DNA of 64,000 bases from Acidobacteriota bacterium (lineage in GTDB: Bacteria; Acidobacteriota; UBA890; WLXD01), in the NCBI GenBank assembly GCA_036012155.1, contig DASCOT010000033.1:106-64105 (forward strand), written 5' to 3'. Position 1 is the first letter of the stretch, and every line of letters starts with the position of its first letter. Positions 57,323-64,000 of this stretch are shown here, in pieces. The notes beneath the pieces were generated by a model. The model saw only the letters and a program-made list of their open reading frames with translations. It did no database searches and was not told where the DNA came from. Position numbers and translations under genes: made by a program.

Positions 57323-60013
57323 GCGAACCGTGGGATCGTTCACGCTCCGGCTCCTCCGGCGGCTCGTACCGAGTGCGCGGCGCCGCGACTGGCATGCCGA
57401 GTGGGCGGGCGAGCTGGCCCAGGCCCAGGCCCAGGGACATGGACGTTGTTTCCGAGCTCGACGCCTCCTGGACGCTGCTGAGGACGCCATCCGTCTAGCA
57501 ATGCGGCGTGGCATTCGGCGGCCCGTGGCGGGTGTCGTGGACGGAACCGTCCAGGACCTGCGCTACGCGGTGCGAGCACTTCGGCGCCGACCGTCCTACG
57601 TGGTGGGCGCCGTCGTTGCCCTGGCCCTCGGCATCGGCGCAAACACAGCCATCTTCAGCATCGTCAACGGGGTCCTGTTCCATCCCCTGCCGTACGCGGA
57701 GTCCGACCGTCTGATGCTGCTGTGGGGCGACGGTGGGCGCCGCGGATTGTCTGCCCTCGCCGGAGCCCCCCGGCGGACTTCCTCGAATGGCGCGAGCGCG
57801 CGTCGTCGTTCACCGCCATGGCAGCAATGTCGAACAACAGTGTCGCCTTCACTGAGCTCGATGAGCCGGTGGTGCCCTTGACGCATATGGTGACCGAAAA
57901 CTACTTCGACGTGCTGGGGGTGGAGCCACATCTTGGACGTACGTTCGAGGCGGGCGACGCCACCGGCAACGGCGTGGTCGTCGTCAGCCACGGTATTTGG
58001 CAGCGCGTGCTGGGCGGGGATCCAACGCTCATCGGTAAGACGGTGGTGCTCGATGACGAGCCCTTCGTGGTGATCGGCATCCTGCGCTCTGACTTCTACT
58101 CGACACATCAGCTACCCGTTCAGCCCGATCTGTGGCTGCCTACCGCGTTCGTGGGCCGCGAGCAGGATCGCACGGCCCGCAACAACGCCGTGTTCGCGCG
58201 GCTCAGGCCCGGGGTGACGGTAGCTCAGGCACAGCAGGAGATATCGGCGATCGCCGCCGAGGCCGAGGCCGAGTTCCCGGAGTCCAACAACGGCTGGGGC
58301 GTCAGGGTCACTCCGGTTCGCGATAACGTGGTCGGCGTCTACCGACGAACATTCAGCTTCTTGCTCATGGCGGTCGGACTGGTCCTACTGATCGCCTGTG
58401 CCAACGTCGCCAACCTCGGCCTGGCGCACGCCATCGAGCGATCACGCGAGGTGGCGCTGCGCAGTGCCCTGGGTGCCGGCCGCGCTAGGCTGCTCCGACA
58501 GATGATCAGCGAGGGGCTGGTACTCGCAGCGCTTGGCGGCGCCACTGGGGTGCTGCTGACATTCGCGGCCCTACCGGTCCTGCTGCGGCTGATTCCCGGG
58601 ACCGGAGCCGGGGGGGGGTCGACGACCATCGGAGGGCTCGCCGAGATGCCGTTCCTCGAGCACGTAGCAGTCGACGGCACCGTGCTGCTGTTCGCTGCCG
58701 TGTTGTGCGTTGCGGCGGGGATCCTCGCAGCGCTGGCGCCGGCGCGTGTCGCCGGGCATCAAACGCTATCTTCAGCACTCCAGGAGGGAGCCCGGGGGAG
58801 CTCCGCCGGAGCCCGCACGGGAAGATTGCGCGACCTGCTGGTGATCACTGAGACGGCGGTCGCGGTAGTGCTCCTGGTAGGAGCCGGCCTGCTACTTCAG
58901 AGTTTCCGCAACTTGCAGAACGTAGAGCTCGGCTACGATGCTCACCAGCTCATCACACTACGAAACTCCTTGCGGATCGGACCCGACCCTGCGGCCTGGA
59001 TAGCTCACTTCGAGCAGGCCGCGGCCGCCTTGGAGGAGCTGCCGGGCATCGAGTCGGCCTCCGCCGTGAGCTTCGTACCGCCCGAGTTCGCCAATTCCCG
59101 GATTCGCTTCTACCGGCCGGGCGAGGCGCCCGACGCGGCGCGCAACCCCACCGTCGTGATGCGCGTCGTGATGGGTGGCTACTTCGAGACCATGGGAATC
59201 CGCCTGCTGCGCGGTCGCGCGATCGGCCAATACGACACCGCCGAGACGGCTCCCGCGCTGGTGATCAATGCGGAGTTCGCGCGACGTTATTTCGACGACC
59301 GGGAGCCTGTCGGCGAACGAATCATCCCCGACCTCGCCGGCAGCGGAGCCACGCTACGCCGCATCCCCGACACGGAATGGGAGGTTGTCGGCGTGGTCGC
59401 GAACGTCCGCGGTGCCGGAATCGATCCCGCACCGCATCCGATCGCCTATGTCTCGGCAGCGCACTTGCCAATGCCGATCATGAACCTCGTCGCGCGCACT
59501 CGCGAGGCACCGGCAGGCATGCTGAAGGCGGCCGAGCAGGCGATCTGGTCGCTCGGTAGACGCATGAACGTCTACAGCATCGAAACACTGCAACAGCGGC
59601 TCGGCAACTTGATGTGGCAGTCACGATTCGCCATGCAACTGCTGGCGATCTTCGCCGGCCTGGCACTGCTCCTCGGTGCCGCGGGCCTATATGCCGTGTT
59701 GACGTACACGGTGTCGCGGCGCACGCAGGAGATGGGCGTGCGATTGGCCCTCGGCGCCGATCGCGCGGCCGTGCTCTCGCTAGTGATCGGCGGCGGGCTA
59801 CGCCTGACAGCACTCGGGGTCGCACTGGGCACGGCAGCCAGCCTGGCGGTGTCGAGACTGCTCGCGGGCCTACTCTACGGCGTCGCTCCGGGCGATCCGC
59901 TAACAGCTCTTCTGGTCGCCGTCACGCTGCTCGCCGTGGCGTTCGTCGCTTGCCTTTCTCCCGCACTGCGCGCCACGCGGGTCGATCCAGTGGAGGCCTT
60001 GAAGGCCCAATAG
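57315..60013 (+). pseudogene. ADOP (duplicated MacB/FtsX) permease with a -1 frameshift at the C6 run 57766-57771
   Basis: First frame: [31 protein letters not shown]. Second frame: [43 protein letters not shown]. One extra C would join the two. Confidence 0.85.
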
Positions 60014-60048
60014 ACGCGGCTAGTTGCTCGACACCGGTTGCGCCGTCG

Positions 60049-60651
60049 TCAAGCGTCGATCGGCACGTGACCGGACTGTGCCGCAACCCGGGCGAGCCAC
60101 GAAGCAACGTTGGGGTGCTCGTGCAGGTCAATGCCCGCCTCATCGGCCACATGGGTGTACGCGTATAGGGCAATGTCGGCAACCGTATAGGTGTCCGACG
60201 CGAGAAACTCCGATTCGTCCAGGCGACGATCCATAGCCCGTAGCGCCTTGCGTCCAAGCTCTTGCTTCTGGGCGACGATGTCGGCATGGCGCGCCGGATT
60301 ATCGCTGTAATGCAAGAGGAACCGCGCCACCGCGATACTGGGCTCGTGGTCGTACTGCTCGAAGAACATCCACTGCAGCACCTGGGCGCGCTCGTAGCGA
60401 TCGTCGGGCAGGTAGGAGGTGCCCTCGGCGAGGTACCAGATTATGGCGTTGGATTCGGCCAGGAAGCGGCCATCGTCCAGCCGTAGGACGGGGATCCGGA
60501 GCGCTGGATTCTTGCCAGCGAAGAGACCCTCGCGATTGCTGCGATCCGTAACGCTGACCGGGATCCGCTCATAGGCCATCTCCAGATGCGCCAGCATCAG
60601 ACGAACTTTGTAAGCGTTCCCCGAGACGGCGTTGTCATACAACTGCAGCAC
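60049..60651 (-). CDS. Glutathione S-transferase family protein
   Basis: SGNAYKVR, NP..RIPVL, LAESNAI, WMFFEQY.HEP, ADIALYAYTH. Confidence 0.9.
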   Translation of the reverse strand: MLQLYDNAVSGNAYKVRLMLAHLEMAYERIPVSVTDRSNREGLFAGKNPALRIPVLRLDDGRFLAESNAIIWYLAEGTSYLPDDRYERAQVLQWMFFEQYDHEPSIAVARFLLHYSDNPARHADIVAQKQELGRKALRAMDRRLDESEFLASDTYTVADIALYAYTHVADEAGIDLHEHPNVASWLARVAAQSGHVPIDA

Positions 60652-60700
60652 TTGCGGCTCTCCTGTCCAGCACAGTGGCCCCGCCGCGCCCGAAGCGGAT

Positions 60701-61729
60701 CTACGCTGACTCCTCACCGAAGAGCGCCTCGAGTCGCCCACCCATCGCCTCGGCGATCGGTGCGGTGTGCTCGAGGCGAGCCAGGAAGATCTTGATTACC
60801 GCTGCCATCGGAGCTGCGAGGAACATTCCGACGATGCCCCAGAGCGTTCCCCAGAGAACCAGCGACATCAGCGTCACGACGGGGTGAAGATCCAACGATT
60901 CCCCGTAGATCTTGGGCTCGATGAAGTTGCCCATGGTGATCTGGATGGCCCCCGGAAGAGCAATCGCCAGAACCGCCGCCGCACCCGAGATCTCCGGCTG
61001 CACCAGAACGACCGGCAGCGGCAACAGGGTGGCGATCACCGAGCCGATGCTGGGAATGAAATTGAGCAGGAAGACCAGCAACCCGAACATCAGGGCAAAC
61101 GGGATCCCGAGTAGCTGCAGAACGGTACCGACCGAGAACGCTGTTGCCAGCGAGATCAGGAACTTGACGCCGACATAGCGTTTGACGCGCTCTTCGACCT
61201 CTGCCAACAAGGCGCTGGTGGGTGCCTGGCCACTACGGCCGATCAATAGAAAGATCACGAAGACGACGACCAGGAACCCATTGGAGAGAATATCGATCAA
61301 TGCGTTGCCGGTACCCAGGAGCGCCGCGCCGACCTGGCTGGGCATCTGCCCGAGCAGATAGGACTCGTCGATTCCGAGCTGTTCGAGCGGGAGTCGATCC
61401 AAGGCGTTGGAAATCAACACGCCGATCTGCTGCTGATAGAGACCAACATTGCCGACGAGACGCGTTACCGACACCGAGGCAATGATTCCGACCAACATGA
61501 GCAGCAACACGGTGAAGATCACCGAGCTAGCCACGGCGAGCGGTAGGGGGACGCGCAACGATCTCGTTTGCAGGTCAATAAGCGGCATCATCGCGACGGT
61601 CACGAACACTGCCAGTACGAACGGGACCAGCACCGGGCGCAGCCAGTAGAGCACTACTCCGATGGCAAACGCCGTCAAAACGATCAGACAGATCGTGCGG
61701 ATCTGGCTCTCTCGATCCTGTGGAGTCAT
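60701..61729 (-). CDS. AI-2E (PerM) family transporter
   Basis: PFVLAVF, LNFIPSIG, GNFIEPKIYG..L.LHP, WG..GMFLAAP. Confidence 0.9.
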   Translation of the reverse strand: MTPQDRESQIRTICLIVLTAFAIGVVLYWLRPVLVPFVLAVFVTVAMMPLIDLQTRSLRVPLPLAVASSVIFTVLLLMLVGIIASVSVTRLVGNVGLYQQQIGVLISNALDRLPLEQLGIDESYLLGQMPSQVGAALLGTGNALIDILSNGFLVVVFVIFLLIGRSGQAPTSALLAEVEERVKRYVGVKFLISLATAFSVGTVLQLLGIPFALMFGLLVFLLNFIPSIGSVIATLLPLPVVLVQPEISGAAAVLAIALPGAIQITMGNFIEPKIYGESLDLHPVVTLMSLVLWGTLWGIVGMFLAAPMAAVIKIFLARLEHTAPIAEAMGGRLEALFGEESA

Positions 61730-63468
61730 CGACTGCCGCTGGAGGTTGGAGGCGCCGCAACGGCGGGTGGCAGGCCATCGAGGATCGGATACCGCTGATG
61801 AAAGTCCGTTGCCTGCTGGTAGGCATGCGCCACCGTCAACGCCTCGGCGTCGCGGTACAGATTCCCGATGAACGAGATGCTCACCGGCGTGCCATCCTCC
61901 TCGAAGCCATTCGGCACCACGACACACGGATGCCCGGTCAGATTCGTGGCCCCGACCACGCCATTGCGGAACGACGGCGCGACCACGACATCGAAGCCGC
62001 GCCACGCTTCGGCGAGCTGCGACATGTACAGCGTCCGTGCGCGGTTCGCTTGGATGTACTCGACCGCCGGGATCAGCCGCGCAGTACGGAACGAATTCGG
62101 CCACGAGCGACGCGTTTGCCTGGTGAGCTCGTCGTCCCGCCCGCTGCGTGTGAGGGAATCGAATGCCGCCGCCGCCTCGGCCATGAGTACGAACCCCATC
62201 GCTTCCACCGGGAAGTCAGGCATCTGTACGGGCTCCAAGTGCATCCCGAGATCCTCTCGAAGGACTCGCAACGTCTGCAAGTCGAACTCGCGGTTGGTGT
62301 ACTCCTCGTCCTCCTCGAAGGCAGCCTCCAGGTACCCCACCCTGACGCCGCGCACGTCGCTGTAGGCATCCCAGGAAAACGGAATACTGCGGGCGCTGGG
62401 GTCAATACCGTCTGCCCCGTGGATCGCCGCGAACACCAGGGCACAGTCCTCGGCGCTGCGGCACATCGGTCCGATCTTGTCCATGCTCCACGACAACGCC
62501 ATGGCCCCGGCGCGGCTCACGCGACCAAACGTAGGCCGGAAGCCCGACACGCCATTTCGGGTGCTCGGCGACACGATGCTGCCGCGCGTCTCGGTGCCGA
62601 TTCCGAATCCCACGCAGCCGGCGGCCGTGGCCGAGCCCGAGCCTGCCGAGGATCCACTGGAGCCCTCCTCCGAGTTCCACGGGTTTCGAGTGCGACCGCC
62701 AAACCAATAGTCACCCATCGCCAGCGCCCCCATGGTCAGCTTGGCGACCAGCACGGCGCCTGCCTCATCTAGCCGACGAACGACGGTGGCATCATCCGAG
62801 ATCATCTGCTCGCGGTACGGCGCCGCTCCCCACGTCGTCGGATACCCCTGCACCGCCAGCAGGTCTTTGGCGCCCCACGGGATGCCGTGCAACGGCCCTC
62901 GGTGGTTGCCCGCGGCGATCTCTCGATCGGCCACCCGAGCCTGGCGCTGAGCACGCTCGACGGTCAGGCTGACTGCAAACAACAACGCCGGGTCATAACG
63001 CTGCAAGCGCTGCAAGTAGACGTCGGTCAGCTCGGACGAGCTCACTTTCCGGCTGCGCAGCAAGCGCGCCAGCCGGGTCACAGGCATGAACGCCAGATCA
63101 TCGTTGTCGACGGGCCGCGCCAACCTTCGCCAGCGGGTCGGGCGGACGTGATCCGGCCCCACGGGCGGTGTTGCGTCCACACCCGGCATGTCCGGCTCGA
63201 AGCCGAGAGCCGGCGGCACCTGGTTGGGTATCTCGATGCCACGCAACGCCCGATACGACTCCAGGTAGCGACCCAAGCCAGAGCGCATCATCTCGCGCTC
63301 ATCCGGCGTCATCTCCAAGCCCGCCACCTGCTCGGCTCCCTCGATCATCGTGGCAGTGATCGGCGACTCGGGCTCGTCCTGCACCGCCTCCCATAGCGCC
63401 TCGGGCAGCCGCGTGCCGGAGAACGCGGTGCCTGCGAACAAGCCCACGAAGTGCCTGCGATCGAACAT
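61726..63468 (-). CDS. Amidase-signature family enzyme with twin-arginine signal
   Basis: RRHFVG Tat motif, GPLHGIPWGAKDL, SSGSSAGS, GTETRGSIVSP. Confidence 0.88.
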   Translation of the reverse strand: MFDRRHFVGLFAGTAFSGTRLPEALWEAVQDEPESPITATMIEGAEQVAGLEMTPDEREMMRSGLGRYLESYRALRGIEIPNQVPPALGFEPDMPGVDATPPVGPDHVRPTRWRRLARPVDNDDLAFMPVTRLARLLRSRKVSSSELTDVYLQRLQRYDPALLFAVSLTVERAQRQARVADREIAAGNHRGPLHGIPWGAKDLLAVQGYPTTWGAAPYREQMISDDATVVRRLDEAGAVLVAKLTMGALAMGDYWFGGRTRNPWNSEEGSSGSSAGSGSATAAGCVGFGIGTETRGSIVSPSTRNGVSGFRPTFGRVSRAGAMALSWSMDKIGPMCRSAEDCALVFAAIHGADGIDPSARSIPFSWDAYSDVRGVRVGYLEAAFEEDEEYTNREFDLQTLRVLREDLGMHLEPVQMPDFPVEAMGFVLMAEAAAAFDSLTRSGRDDELTRQTRRSWPNSFRTARLIPAVEYIQANRARTLYMSQLAEAWRGFDVVVAPSFRNGVVGATNLTGHPCVVVPNGFEEDGTPVSISFIGNLYRDAEALTVAHAYQQATDFHQRYPILDGLPPAVAAPPTSSGSR

Positions 63469-63481
63469 CCGGTTTTCCCCT

Positions 63482-63513
63482 CTTCAGATGGCCACTACTT
63501 CAGATGGCCACTA
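63482..63513. repeat. Perfect 16-bp tandem duplication
   Basis: CTTCAGATGGCCACTA at 63482-63497 and at 63498-63513. Confidence 0.9.
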
Positions 63514-64000
63514 TCGGCCGGCGGTCGGATGTTAGCCATCCGGAGACCGCGAACGCCACGGCGGATGCTAGCAGCCCGACGAGGTTAGGGTTCCATAGCC
63601 CGGTGGTCGGAATGTAGACGAGATACCGCGTCACGACGAAGACTCCGACACCCGCCACGATCGCAGCAATCGCATCGCGGCTGCCGGCACGTGCCCAATA
63701 CACCCCCCCGACAACGGGAACGAACAGGCTCATGGACAGCAGCGAGTAGAAAATAGTGATGGACTCGATCACCGAGCCCAGTGCGATCGCCAGCAACGTG
63801 GCGAGGGCACCGCCGGCAATGGCGCCGAGACGTGCCATCTTCAAGACCTGTCGCTCACCGGCATTCGGGGCCAAGAACCTGCGGTAGAGATCCTCGGACA
63901 ACGAGGTGGAGAGCATGAAGAGGACAGCGTCGGCCGAACTCACCTCGGCGGAAAATACCGCCGCCAGCCCGAGGGTGCCAATGGCCAGCGGCAACCCCAC
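63500..64000 (-). CDS. Sodium:solute symporter family protein, C-terminal part (runs in from beyond the window)
   Basis: AAVFSAEVSSADA.L..STS..DLY.R, FVPVVGG.YW. Confidence 0.85.
   Translation of the reverse strand: MGLPLAIGTLGLAAVFSAEVSSADAVLFMLSTSLSEDLYRRFLAPNAGERQVLKMARLGAIAGGALATLLAIALGSVIESITIFYSLLSMSLFVPVVGGVYWARAGSRDAIAAIVAGVGVFVVTRYLVYIPTTGLWNPNLVGLLASAVAFAVSGWLTSDRRPIVAI

Noticed and set aside
61726-63468. gatA of the tRNA amidotransferase
   Set aside because: It has a Tat signal and N-terminal extension, and no gatB or gatC neighbours.
1-64000. Mobile elements, prophage, tRNA/rRNA or defence systems
   Set aside because: No transposase, integrase, phage structural, cas or restriction-modification motifs, and no tRNA-like T-loop/acceptor pattern was seen.

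Overview
This is a 64 kb, GC-rich, gene-dense bacterial chromosomal window. A PadR plus duplicated-orphan-permease (ADOP) pair suggests Acidobacteriota or Gemmatimonadota (inference). I found no rRNA, tRNA, CRISPR array, prophage or IS element. About 60 credible CDS are present, and most other ORFs in the track are antisense or alternative-frame shadows. Main highlight (35.3-46.9 kb): an isoprenoid/triterpenoid locus. It has an operon fni-hmgR(class I)-mvk-mvaD-ipk with no phosphomevalonate kinase, and its decarboxylase lacks the canonical beta-phosphate-binding Lys and Arg, which points to the alternative MVK->PMD->IPK mevalonate route. It also has a single-enzyme squalene synthase, an HpnG-like nucleosidase, and a convergent MMPL + PhnD-like + TatT/TPR-lipoprotein triad with the architecture of the BstABC sterol transport system. 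No cyclase is in the window. Other highlights: (1) a PP2C phosphatase and a LytS-type kinase with the same duplicated membrane sensor, upstream of a LytTR regulator, a bactofilin-like protein, an ABC exporter and a CPBP protease; (2) a 2-phosphoglycerate kinase/ApgM mutase fusion; (3) a HAMP-protein/pseudopilin fusion; (4) a cobalamin riboswitch controlling a B12-type ABC transporter; (5) several frameshifted or internally deleted genes.
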